From the NCBI GenBank assembly GCA_964407825.1, contig CAYOXD010000002.1, forward strand, positions 3,248-67,247: 64,000 nt of DNA. The letters run 5' to 3'. Position numbers and translations under genes: made by a program. Below are positions 26,597 to 36,038 of this stretch, in pieces; position 1 is the first letter of the stretch, and every line of letters starts with the position of its first letter. The notes below the pieces were generated by a model. That model saw nothing but the letters and a program-made list of their open reading frames with translations, was not told the DNA's origin and ran no database searches. This DNA is from an uncultured Desulfobacterales bacterium (GTDB taxonomy: Bacteria > Desulfobacterota > Desulfobacteria > Desulfobacterales > JAFDDL01).

Positions 26597-27181
26597 CTAT
26601 TTGCCTTCGTAATGTTGGAATATCCGTTCACTGTGGTCCTTGAACAGGAGCTTTTTAGAGTGCTTTCCTGGGGTGAAAAAACCCTCCTCCTCGGCCATGG
26701 CAAAAAAATCGTCGCATGGCAGATGCTGAATCCTGAAAAGGAGCAACACACAGATCAGAAGCCCTTGCTCGTATGCCGTTGCCCTGCGGGTGGCCTCCTT
26801 GAGATCCGCCGTAAACCGCTCTCGATGGATGGCGTTCTGATATGTCAGGCCCACTGCCTGCATGGCATCTCCATAGGCAAGGGTCTTTCGATGGCGAGCC
26901 AAATCCGTCAAGATCTCCAGAATTCGCCCGGGCCGGTCCTCGGAACGGGCGACCCGAGCCGTCTTGAAGATCAGGAGGGACTTCAGGGAAACCATCCGGC
27001 TGGTATGGGTGTCCTCTCCAATTTCAAACAGTTCGAAAACGCCCTTTTCAACCAATGGAGCCAGGGCCCGTTCATCCAAGCCCAATGTAAGAACAGCATA
27101 GGACAGGGGAACGCAGCCATAGCGTTCCGGGTCCTTCCGCCAGAGATTTTCGTATTCCGAAGGGGTGTATCGGGTCTTCAT
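26597..27181 (-). CDS. Hypothetical protein (194 aa)
   Basis: A clean ORF in line with its neighbours. I recognise no motif with confidence. Confidence 0.45.
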   Translation of the reverse strand: MKTRYTPSEYENLWRKDPERYGCVPLSYAVLTLGLDERALAPLVEKGVFELFEIGEDTHTSRMVSLKSLLIFKTARVARSEDRPGRILEILTDLARHRKTLAYGDAMQAVGLTYQNAIHRERFTADLKEATRRATAYEQGLLICVLLLFRIQHLPCDDFFAMAEEEGFFTPGKHSKKLLFKDHSERIFQHYEGK

Positions 27182-27222
27182 GCTGCCTCCTTATTAGGTT
27201 CGGCGCCGTCCGCCGGCGAACG

Positions 27223-27618
27223 TCAAATTTTCTTGTTCTTGAATAGATCGGGTTTTTTAATTCTGGACCAAAAGGCACAACGGGGGCAGCTTTCGCCTTC
27301 AGGGAAATCGACACCGGGTTCGTGGGGGCAGTAGTAGATGCCGGGAGCGAGCGCCACGCTGATTACATGGTGCGCCTCGATATACCGGAAGAGTTCTTTG
27401 ATGGTGGGTACGTCCTTGCGAAGATCCCCCCCATCGAAATTCCATTTCCGAATGCTCTCCGGACTCCCCCCGGCCTCCTTTATGATCCCGATCACGGCCT
27501 TGTTCGCGATGCTGTCGTTAATTCCATAGAAAGCAATGATTCCCAGAGGATACCCCTGGAATCCCTTCTGAGCCCTGCGCTCAAGACCCTTCATGAGATG
27601 CTCCGGCGTCGGTTCCAT
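27223..27618 (-). CDS. Hypothetical protein (131 aa) with a C-terminal CPH...CPRC putative zinc-binding motif
   Basis: A clean ORF. The C-terminal YYCPHEPGVDFPEGESCPRCAFW resembles a zinc knuckle. The family is not recognised. Confidence 0.45.
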   Translation of the reverse strand: MEPTPEHLMKGLERRAQKGFQGYPLGIIAFYGINDSIANKAVIGIIKEAGGSPESIRKWNFDGGDLRKDVPTIKELFRYIEAHHVISVALAPGIYYCPHEPGVDFPEGESCPRCAFWSRIKKPDLFKNKKI

Positions 27619-27706
27619 CGTCTATGTCTCCTTGATGGTTGAGAATTCGTTTGACGGCTATCGCTTCTATATCAGAGGCCGGTTGGGTGTGCAAGCCAGC
27701 AGTTGG

Positions 27707-29989
27707 TTACCCCTGACGGGATTCGCTAAATCCGCAATCGCTGTTGCGGCATTGCAGGACGGTCCCCTTTTTCTTGCTGGTTTTTTCCACTAAAAAGGCG
27801 GCTCCGCACAGAGGGCAGGCTGTCGACACGGGTTTGTCCCAAATGGCGAATTTACAGTCCGGGTAGCGGTTGCAGCCATAGAAGACTTTCCCCCGTTTGG
27901 ATTTCTTTTCGATGATTTCGCCTGTACAGCCTGGCTCCGGACAGGAGACGCCGGTTTTTTTGCCGTCCCCTGAGGCGGCCAGGGAAACGGTGTGCTTGCA
28001 TTCCGGAAAGCCGCTGCAGGCCATGAAGGAACCGTATTTACCGGTTTTGATGACCATGGGCTGGCCGCATTTGTTGCAGACCCGGTCGGTTTTTTGATCC
28101 GGGACAGGGGAAATGACCCGGATAAGGCCCTTTTCATCCCGTTCATAATCGCTGGTGAAGCGGCATTCAGGATAGGCCGAACAGGCCAGGAAGTGACCGT
28201 TTTTCCCCAGCTTGATATGGAGCGCGGTGCCGCAGTCGGGGCAGGTGATGCCCGAAGGAATTCCCACCCCCTTGACGCTGACCATCCCGTCGCCGGCGGC
28301 ATCCAACTCGCTTTTGAAAGGGGTGTAAAACTGGGACAAAACGTTACAGGCGTCTATTTCCGCCGACTCGATTCGATCCAGATTGTCCTCCATCTTGGCG
28401 GTGAAGTCCACGTCGAATACATCCGGGAAGCTGCTCACCAACAGGTCGTTGACGATGAAGCCGAGCTCGCTGGGCCGGAAGTACCCCTTGATCAGTTCTA
28501 CGTATCCCTTGTCCCGAATGGTGGAAAGGATAGCGGCATAGGTGCTGGGCCGGCCGATGCCGTTCTCCTCGAGTTCCTTGACCAGGGAGGCTTCTGAAAA
28601 GCGGGGGGGCGGAAGGGTAAAGTGCTGCTTGGGATCGTATCTGCGCAGGGTCAGATCCATGCCTTCCGAAAGCTCGGGCAGCTTTTCACGTCCCTTTTCC
28701 CGGTTGCTGTTGGCCTCATCTTCCACGGACATGTAGAGGGCCATGAAACCGGGAAAACGAATAGTGGAGCCGCTGGCGTTGAACTGGTAGGGGCCCGCCG
28801 AAATGCTCACCAGGTTTTGATCGATGAGGGCCGGTTTCATTTGGGAGGCCATGAATCGCTGCCAGATTAGCCGGTAGAGAGCCAGCTGATCCGGTGACAG
28901 GTAGCGACCGATGGCATCCGGCGTCTGGCTCACGGCAGTGGGACGGATGGCCTCATGGGCGTCCTGTACTTTTTTGTTGTTTTTAAAGAAACGAGGCTTT
29001 TCGTTGGCATATTCCCTTCCGTAGGTGTCCGCGATGAGCGTCAGGGCATCCTGGGCCGCCTCGGTGGCAATACGGGTGGAATCGGTTCGCATATAAGTGA
29101 TGAGGCCCACAGGCTCGCCTGGGCCCAGGTCAATGCCCTCGTAGAGTTGCTGGGCCACCATCATGGTCTTTTTCGCCGAAAACTTGAGCTTGGAAATCGC
29201 CTCCTGTTGCAGCTTGCTGGTGGTAAAGGGAGGCAACGGATTTCGGCGGGTGGTTTTTTTCTTAACCTTGTCCACCCTAAGGGGGGCTTCCGACAATTCA
29301 TCTAGAATGGCCCTGGCGGAGGTCTCATCGGCAATGGCGATTTTCTCGCCGTTTTTCCGCACCAGCTTGGCAGTGAAAACGGGCGGTTCGGCGCCTTCCA
29401 GATGAGCCGTAATGGACCAGTACTCCACCGGTTCAAAGGCCTGAATGGCTCGCTCCCGCTCGCAGATGATCCGCACCGCGACAGATTGCACCCGACCGGC
29501 CGACAGCCCCCCTTTGACCTTCCGCCACAGGAGTGGTGAAACCTGATATCCCACGAGGCGGTCCATGATCCGCCGGGCCTGTTGTGCCTCGTATTTGGGT
29601 TTTTGGAGTGCCTCCGGGGCCTTGATGGCCGAAAGAATCCCGTTCTTCGTCAGCTCGTGAAACAGGACCCTGAAAAAATGACGTCCCTTTTTATTCAGAA
29701 CCTCTGCGGTATGGTAGGCAATGGCCTCGCCCTCTCGATCCGGGTCAGGGGCCAGGTAGACGTCAGTCGCCTTTTCGGCGGCCTTTCGCAGGGCGGCGAT
29801 GACTTTCTGTTTCCCTGGGATGTTCTGATAGTCGGGCTTAAAGCCGTTATCAATATCGATTCCGATCTCCTTTGCCGGCAGATCCTTGATATGCCCCACG
29901 GTGGCGACCACATCATACCCGTCACCGATGTACTTTTGAATGGTTCTGACCTTTGTGGGGGACTCCACAACTACCAAGGCTTTGCTCAC
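27707..29989 (-). CDS. topA: DNA topoisomerase I
   Basis: Has the Toprim N-terminus (LVVVESPTKVRTIQKY), the active-site region LITYMRTDS and multiple C-terminal CxxC zinc ribbons. Confidence 0.93.
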   Translation of the reverse strand: MSKALVVVESPTKVRTIQKYIGDGYDVVATVGHIKDLPAKEIGIDIDNGFKPDYQNIPGKQKVIAALRKAAEKATDVYLAPDPDREGEAIAYHTAEVLNKKGRHFFRVLFHELTKNGILSAIKAPEALQKPKYEAQQARRIMDRLVGYQVSPLLWRKVKGGLSAGRVQSVAVRIICERERAIQAFEPVEYWSITAHLEGAEPPVFTAKLVRKNGEKIAIADETSARAILDELSEAPLRVDKVKKKTTRRNPLPPFTTSKLQQEAISKLKFSAKKTMMVAQQLYEGIDLGPGEPVGLITYMRTDSTRIATEAAQDALTLIADTYGREYANEKPRFFKNNKKVQDAHEAIRPTAVSQTPDAIGRYLSPDQLALYRLIWQRFMASQMKPALIDQNLVSISAGPYQFNASGSTIRFPGFMALYMSVEDEANSNREKGREKLPELSEGMDLTLRRYDPKQHFTLPPPRFSEASLVKELEENGIGRPSTYAAILSTIRDKGYVELIKGYFRPSELGFIVNDLLVSSFPDVFDVDFTAKMEDNLDRIESAEIDACNVLSQFYTPFKSELDAAGDGMVSVKGVGIPSGITCPDCGTALHIKLGKNGHFLACSAYPECRFTSDYERDEKGLIRVISPVPDQKTDRVCNKCGQPMVIKTGKYGSFMACSGFPECKHTVSLAASGDGKKTGVSCPEPGCTGEIIEKKSKRGKVFYGCNRYPDCKFAIWDKPVSTACPLCGAAFLVEKTSKKKGTVLQCRNSDCGFSESRQG

Positions 29990-30213
29990 AACGACTCCTT
30001 TAAATACGCAGTTAGATACGCACCACCAGACGAAAGCGGCCCGACTGCGACATGGGGTACCATAGGATGTCCATGCTTCGGATGGTCAGACTGCATATCC
30101 GACTCCATCCTCTGTTGCAAGGATCTGGTGAAAAAAAATAAAAATGGGATGGGAAAATGTCAATTGTTGACTGGCGTCAATGGTATGGACCACGCGGTTT
30201 TCCGGCTATGAGA

Positions 30214-31296
30214 TCAGCTGCGAATCGCATAAAAATAATTTCCCGGAGCCTGACAGACATACCCGTTCAGCTCGAGTTGCAGGAGCTGGCCGGCCAGGGT
30301 GCCGGCAGGCAGCTGCAGCTGTCTGGCCAGCTCATCAATGTGTCGGGGGTAGGCCTCCAGGGCCGCCAGGATCCTGGCCTGAACGGCGGTGAGTGCCGAG
30401 GCCTCCCCCCGGGGCGGTGGCGCCGGAATCATCGGTTCTATTTCTTCAAGGATATCCCTTGCCGATTCCACAAGTTTGGCACCCCCCTTAATCAGGAGAT
30501 GAGCACCGTAACTCTGCGCTGAGCGGATGCTTCCCGGCACAGCGAATACCTCCCGATTCTGCTCAAGGGCCAGGCGGGCCGTAATCAGGGCCCCACTTTT
30601 GCGGCCCGCCTCCACCACCAGTGTGCCGCGGCTGATGCCACTGATGATGCGATTACGGATGGGGAAATGATGCGCTTCGGGCCGGGCCTGCAGCGGGAAT
30701 TCCGAGACGACGGCCCCCCTTTCGGCGATTCGAATGGCAAGCCTCCGGTTCTCCCTGGGATAGAGGTGTAACAGCCCGCTTCCCAGCACGGCGATGGTCC
30801 TACCCCCGGCCTCAAGGGCCCCCCCATGGGCAGCCGTATCGATCCCGCGTGCCATTCCGCTGACCACGGTATAGCCGGCCCTCGACAGCTCTTCGCTGAG
30901 CTCTCGAGCGGCAGCCATCCCGTAGGTGGTGGGGCTTCTGGATCCCACAACACTGACGCTGCGTTCGGTTTCAGTCAGATCGCCAAGGAGGTACAGGTAC
31001 AGAGGCGGATCGGGGAGGGCACGCAGAAGCGGCGGGTAATCCGGGGCCGTCAGGGGAACGATCCGATATGGATGCGTTTGAACCAGAGCCCACTCCTGAC
31101 GGGCCTCGAGGGCGCCTTCTCGCCGGCGGATGTGTCTCGCCAGCTGCCTGGAGATTCCCTCGACCTCGACGAGTTCATCAGCGGCGGCATCGAATACCCG
31201 ATCGGGGCTTTCAAAGCGGTCGATGAGGCGTTTCAAAAGGATATTCCCGATGCCGGGTATGAATTTCAACATCAACCATGGCAGCAGGTTATCCAT
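30214..31296 (-). CDS. dprA: DNA-processing protein DprA (Smf)
   Basis: Contains SVVGSRSPTTYG, VVSGMARGIDTAAH and a C-terminal winged-helix region. It lies upstream of topA, as in many bacteria. Confidence 0.9.
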   Translation of the reverse strand: MDNLLPWLMLKFIPGIGNILLKRLIDRFESPDRVFDAAADELVEVEGISRQLARHIRRREGALEARQEWALVQTHPYRIVPLTAPDYPPLLRALPDPPLYLYLLGDLTETERSVSVVGSRSPTTYGMAAARELSEELSRAGYTVVSGMARGIDTAAHGGALEAGGRTIAVLGSGLLHLYPRENRRLAIRIAERGAVVSEFPLQARPEAHHFPIRNRIISGISRGTLVVEAGRKSGALITARLALEQNREVFAVPGSIRSAQSYGAHLLIKGGAKLVESARDILEEIEPMIPAPPPRGEASALTAVQARILAALEAYPRHIDELARQLQLPAGTLAGQLLQLELNGYVCQAPGNYFYAIRS

Positions 31297-31302
31297 TCTT
31301 GT

Positions 31303-32088
31303 CTATTTCAATTGCTTCAGCCTTTCCTCGGCCTTGGCTGCCGCCGGATGAAAGGGATAGCTGGTGATGAGTTTTTTAAGGTACTCCTTGCCGCTCTGTC
31401 GATCCCCCAGGGCCAGATAGGAGTATCCGATTTTCAACAGTGCGGCCGGGACCTTGTTTCCTGACGGGTATCGCTTCAAAATGGATCTGAAAATACGAAC
31501 CGCGTCCGCATATTCCTGCAGGCTGTACCGGCACTCTCCGGCCCAGTAAAGAGCGTTGTCCGCCAGATTTTCATTGGGGTATCGAGCCGCGAAGGTGCTG
31601 AAACGGGCCAAGGCTCGTTTAAAATCACCCTTTTTATAGAGGCTGCGCGCCTCCTGGTAGAGGGCTTCGGCGTGGGGGGGAGCGGCCGCTGGCGCCCGTC
31701 CTTCAATCTCCGGCCGTGGCTTGGCTGCAGCCGTGCCGGCGGTTTTTCCTGGCAGGGGGGGCGCTGGTTTTGCTTTCCGGGCTGGGGGCGCCGGGGCCTC
31801 GCCGCTGATGCCCTTGGGGGCCGGGGCAGGGGGGGGAGGCGGCGCCGGGGATTTCTCCAACTTCTCCTTCATGTCCTGAATGGTGCGTTGCTGGCTGTCC
31901 ACCATGAGTTGGAGGACGGAGATCCGCTGGATCATGGTGTCCAGCTTCTTGTCGGTTTGTGCGAGACTGTTCTCAAGGCGGACCTGATCCGGCTGAGGCT
32001 GGGGTATCACCTGGCGGTGGGCGCAGGAAAAAACGGTGGAAAGACTCACTGCCGCGATGATGGCGCCTATGCGCTTGATCGTGATCAT
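31303..32088 (-). CDS. cpoB: Tol-Pal system protein YbgF/CpoB-like (coiled coil plus TPR)
   Basis: The internal Met gives a signal/lipoprotein-like N-terminus (MITIKRIGAIIAAVSLSTVFSCA). The protein also has a coiled coil, a Pro/Ala-rich linker and a C-terminal YbgF TPR block (ALYQEARSLYKKGDF...YWAGECRYSLQEY...LKIGYSYLALGD). Confidence 0.75.
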   Translation of the reverse strand: MITIKRIGAIIAAVSLSTVFSCAHRQVIPQPQPDQVRLENSLAQTDKKLDTMIQRISVLQLMVDSQQRTIQDMKEKLEKSPAPPPPPAPAPKGISGEAPAPPARKAKPAPPLPGKTAGTAAAKPRPEIEGRAPAAAPPHAEALYQEARSLYKKGDFKRALARFSTFAARYPNENLADNALYWAGECRYSLQEYADAVRIFRSILKRYPSGNKVPAALLKIGYSYLALGDRQSGKEYLKKLITSYPFHPAAAKAEERLKQLK

Positions 32089-32092
32089 GGAA

Positions 32093-33133
32093 TCACCTCT
32101 TTGCCTTCCTCTGCCATGCCAGAAGGATCGGGCTTGCCACATAGATCGAGGAATAGGTCCCCACAACGACCCCAACGAGCATGGTAAAGGCAAAGTCATG
32201 AATAATGCCCCCACCGAGGAAGAAGAGCGCCAGCAGAACCAACACGACCGTACCGGACGTCAACAGCGTTCGGCTGAGAGTATCATTGACGCTCCGGTTG
32301 ATGATTTCTCGCAAGGGACTCTTGGGCATTTTCTTGAGATTTTCCCGGATCCGGTCGAACACGATGATGGTGTCGTTCAGGGAATAGCCCAAAATGGTCA
32401 GCAGCGCCGCGATGATGGGAAGGGTGAATTCCTTTCCGGAAAAGACGAACATGCCCGTCGTGATGGTGACGTCATGGATCAAGGCCACGATGGCGCCCAT
32501 GGCGTATCGCAGGTCCAGAAACCAGAAGAGCACGAGGGTGATCAGCAGGGCGGCGCCGATCAGGTAATAGATCCCCAAGCCAATGAGAGACACGAGGTAG
32601 ACCCCTCCAATCAGCGCTGCGACCATGGCGCCGCTGACCATCCATTTCGTCTCGAACCGGCCGGAGATGTAAATCGTGATAAAGAGCAGGGTGTAGAAAA
32701 GGGCATAGGCGGCCTTGTCCCGTAGATCCTTGCCGACCTTGGGGCCGACCATTTCCACCCTGCGGATTTCCACCTTGGACTTCGTATCGGCGGAGAGGAT
32801 CTTCGCAAGTTTCGCTGAAAACTTATCGGTCGGCATATCGAAGCGGTCGGTATGGATCAGAAATTCATTGTTTTCCGCATTCCCGAAGCGTTGCACGGTG
32901 ACGCCAGTGATGTGCTGGGCCGTCAGGCTCTTCTTAATGCCGGGTATGCTGACAGGCGTGGTGAAGCGCACCTGAATTACGGTGCCGCCGACGAAATCGA
33001 TCCCCTCCTTGGGTCCCCCCTCGATCCACAGCAGGAGAAAAGTGCCCAGGATCAACGAGAGGGAGAGGGTATAGGCGAACTTTCGTAATCTGACAAAATC
33101 GATATTGGTGCCAGGTTTCACAAGCTGGAACAT
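32093..33133 (-). CDS. secF: Protein translocase subunit SecF
   Basis: Contains GIDFVGGTVIQVRF and the membrane-domain motif YSLNDTIVVFDRIRE. It follows secD. Confidence 0.9.
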   Translation of the reverse strand: MFQLVKPGTNIDFVRLRKFAYTLSLSLILGTFLLLWIEGGPKEGIDFVGGTVIQVRFTTPVSIPGIKKSLTAQHITGVTVQRFGNAENNEFLIHTDRFDMPTDKFSAKLAKILSADTKSKVEIRRVEMVGPKVGKDLRDKAAYALFYTLLFITIYISGRFETKWMVSGAMVAALIGGVYLVSLIGLGIYYLIGAALLITLVLFWFLDLRYAMGAIVALIHDVTITTGMFVFSGKEFTLPIIAALLTILGYSLNDTIIVFDRIRENLKKMPKSPLREIINRSVNDTLSRTLLTSGTVVLVLLALFFLGGGIIHDFAFTMLVGVVVGTYSSIYVASPILLAWQRKAKR

Positions 33134-33167
33134 GGGTTCTATCCTTCGTTTTGGCTCGATTCCTCGT

Positions 33168-34742
33168 TTAAATGCTCAGCTGCTTGACTTTCCGCTTGGT
33201 CAGAAGCAAATCGAAAAGATACCGGCTGAAAACCAATGCGGTGAAAAGACTCGATACCACCCCCAGGCTCAGGGTGACGGCGAACCCCTTGACCGGCCCG
33301 GTGCCGAACTGAAAGAGCACCAGGGCGGCAATCAACGTGGTGATGTTGGAGTCCATGATGGTCAGGGTGGCCCGATCGAAGCCGGCGTCCACGGCTGCCA
33401 TGGGCATTTTGCCAATGCGTAGCTCCTCCCTTATTCTTTCAAATATCAACACGTTGGAATCGACAGCCATACCGATGGTCAAAATGACGCCGGCAATGCC
33501 CGGCAGGGTCAGGGTCGCCTTGAAGGCCGCCAGGCCGGCGGCGATCAGCACGATGTTCAAGGCCAGGGCCACGTCCGCGATGACCCCGGAGAGCCGGTAA
33601 TATACCGCCATAAAGACAATGACGAGAATGCCGGCCACGATGGTGGACAGAATGCCCTTATGTATGGAATCGGCTCCCAGGGAGGGGCCCACGGTCCTCT
33701 CCTCAAGCACTTTTACAGGAGCCGGCAGGGCGCCGGCCCGCAGCACGATGGCCAGGTCCTTGGCCTCCGTCATGCTGAAGTTCCCCGTGATTCGCGCATG
33801 TCCCCCGGATATTCTCTCCTGGATGACCGGAGCGGTCTGAATCTTGTTGTCCAGGACAATGGCCAACCGCTTGTTTACATTGTCCTCGGTAATATTGGCG
33901 AAAATATCCGCGCCCTTCCTGTCGAAGTCGAGGGTGACATCAGGCTCATTCGTGCGCGAATCGATCTGCACCCGGGCATCGGACACATATCTTCCCGTGA
34001 GAAGAGCGTGCTTGAAGACGACGAAGGGGGTCCTTTCGATGCGGCCCGTGTCCGGATTTCTCACCACCTTATATAGAAGTTCCGTTCCGGGGGGGAGTTG
34101 GCCCTGTTTCGCCGCACCGATATCGGCATTGTCGTCCACCAGTTTGAACTCCAGGAGGGCGGTCTTGCCGATAAGGGCTTTGGCCCGTTGAGCGTTCACC
34201 ACCCCAGGCAGCTGAATGAGGATACGGTTTGATCCCTGGCGGCGGATGTCCGGCTCGGAAACGCCAAATTGATCGATGCGATTGCGGATGGTCTCCAGGG
34301 CCTGCTCCTCGGCCTGATTCTTGATGTGGGCCACCTGCTTCTCCTGCAGGCCATAGACAAACGTCGGCTGGGCTGCAGCGGTGTCGCGGGACAGCTCGCG
34401 AAGATCCGGGTATTCCTTGTTAAGAAACGTATCAAAGGCATTGATCATGTCCTGGGAGCCGAGCTGCACCTGGAGACGCTCCCCCTTGATCCGTTCGATT
34501 TGGCTGAAGCGGATGCGATCCTTTCGCATCTCGCTTTTCATATCCTCGGCCATGCGATCGATGTTGCCCTCAACGGCCTTGTTCGTTTCCACCTCGAGAA
34601 CCAGCTGCATGCCTCCCCGAAGATCCAGGCCGAGATTGATCTTCTTATGGGGCCACATGGGTTTGAAGCTCGGCAGCACGAGGATAACCGCCGTCAGGAG
34701 CACACCGATACTTGTTGCCAATCTCCATGAAATGCTGTTCAA
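33168..34742 (-). CDS. secD: Protein translocase subunit SecD
   Basis: Contains LGLDLRGGMQLVLEV and VDSNVLIFERIREE, with typical SecD topology. Confidence 0.9.
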   Translation of the reverse strand: MNSISWRLATSIGVLLTAVILVLPSFKPMWPHKKINLGLDLRGGMQLVLEVETNKAVEGNIDRMAEDMKSEMRKDRIRFSQIERIKGERLQVQLGSQDMINAFDTFLNKEYPDLRELSRDTAAAQPTFVYGLQEKQVAHIKNQAEEQALETIRNRIDQFGVSEPDIRRQGSNRILIQLPGVVNAQRAKALIGKTALLEFKLVDDNADIGAAKQGQLPPGTELLYKVVRNPDTGRIERTPFVVFKHALLTGRYVSDARVQIDSRTNEPDVTLDFDRKGADIFANITEDNVNKRLAIVLDNKIQTAPVIQERISGGHARITGNFSMTEAKDLAIVLRAGALPAPVKVLEERTVGPSLGADSIHKGILSTIVAGILVIVFMAVYYRLSGVIADVALALNIVLIAAGLAAFKATLTLPGIAGVILTIGMAVDSNVLIFERIREELRIGKMPMAAVDAGFDRATLTIMDSNITTLIAALVLFQFGTGPVKGFAVTLSLGVVSSLFTALVFSRYLFDLLLTKRKVKQLSI

Positions 34743-34793
34743 TTGAGCGTTTCCTTTCCTACCTGTTCAACGGGATCTCGAGCGCTTCTCCGG

Positions 34794-35120
34794 TTAGGCG
34801 GCCTCTTCCTGGGAAACCTTGACGGATACGTTCCCCCGCGTCACCTTGATACGCACCCGGTCCGCGATTTCCACCGTGACGGTGGCTTCGTCCATCCCCG
34901 TAATGCGACCGTGAATTCCGCCGGAAGTAATGATGCGGTCTCCCTTTTTCAGGTTTTGAACCATTTCGCGGTGTTCTTTGGTTTTCTTCTGTTGGGGTCG
35001 GATCAGCAGAAAATAGAAGATCACGAACATGATAATCAGGGGGATAAGTGTCCCGTAAGGCCCGGCGCCCGACGGTGCGGCCGCGCTCCCCGTTGCCATT
35101 GCATGTGCGATAGATACCAA
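34794..35120 (-). CDS. yajC: Preprotein translocase subunit YajC
   Basis: Contains FYFLLIRPQQKKTKEHREMVQNLKKGDRIITSGGIHGRI. It lies upstream of secDF. Confidence 0.85.
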   Translation of the reverse strand: MVSIAHAMATGSAAAPSGAGPYGTLIPLIIMFVIFYFLLIRPQQKKTKEHREMVQNLKKGDRIITSGGIHGRITGMDEATVTVEIADRVRIKVTRGNVSVKVSQEEAA

Positions 35121-35224
35121 GGTAAACCCTCCTCAAAAAAATAAAAAACAGTTGCAATTTCCACATCCTCGCGAAAGTTGCAACTCCTATACGTTAATTA
35201 TCCCGCGCGGTCAAATGTTTCGTT

Positions 35225-35974
35225 TCATTGGTCCGCCGGTATCCACAGGGTTTCCCCATCGAATTTAAGATGGTTGATGTGCGCCACATCGATCTGGTCC
35301 AGGAGGGAAGATACCTGCTTCATGTCGAAAACGACGATTTTGCTCAACGGGTAGATGAGGTTTAAATTTGTATCTACATGATTTTCTTTTATATTATAGA
35401 TATGAACCATGCCCTCCGAAAATTTCAGGATCTTCCCGACCCCGGAGCTGTATCCCAGACGGTTGGGTTCATCACTGACCAGGGAAAGCGTAACGCCGCG
35501 CCTTTTGAAATAGTCCCTCAGAAATTGAAAATGCACATTCCAAATATTGTCTCCAGGTTGAACGACATAAATACCGTACACATGATCGTTGCCACTGCGC
35601 TGGCCAGCGGCTTCCCCCACGTTTTTCTCCACAATGTCACCTTGCTGCCGGTGGATCCGGTCGAGGATCTCCTGCATGGACACGGTGGTATCGCCGATCT
35701 TGACGGTCTCATTCGGCCGGACGATCAGGTCCACTCCCTTGTCGACACCGTATTTGGCTTTGCGCTTGTCCGTTAGCGCTCCCTGATCCTTCTGCGGTCC
35801 ATGGTATGCGATCACCGGCTCATTCCTGATGGTGCTGGCAACCGGCTCGGCAGGCTTGATGGGTTTCTTTTCCCTCTGCAATTGGGTGAGAAGCGCTGCC
35901 CCTGCTGCGAGGACAAACACCCCGATCAGTAACAACGCCAACTGATTGTTCGGACTCAAGGGCTTTCGTCGCAT
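35225..35974 (-). CDS. Hypothetical membrane-anchored protein, possible LysM-like domain
   Basis: The internal Met is preceded by GGAAGGAAGG. It has one N-terminal TM segment. YVVQPGDNIWNVHFQFL resembles a LysM core, but only weakly. Confidence 0.4.
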   Translation of the reverse strand: MRRKPLSPNNQLALLLIGVFVLAAGAALLTQLQREKKPIKPAEPVASTIRNEPVIAYHGPQKDQGALTDKRKAKYGVDKGVDLIVRPNETVKIGDTTVSMQEILDRIHRQQGDIVEKNVGEAAGQRSGNDHVYGIYVVQPGDNIWNVHFQFLRDYFKRRGVTLSLVSDEPNRLGYSSGVGKILKFSEGMVHIYNIKENHVDTNLNLIYPLSKIVVFDMKQVSSLLDQIDVAHINHLKFDGETLWIPADQ

Positions 35975-36038
35975 AGGGCCTTCCTTCCGTATGGGGCGGG
36001 TCGACATTGAAATACAGGATTGATAAAAGGGTGTCAAC

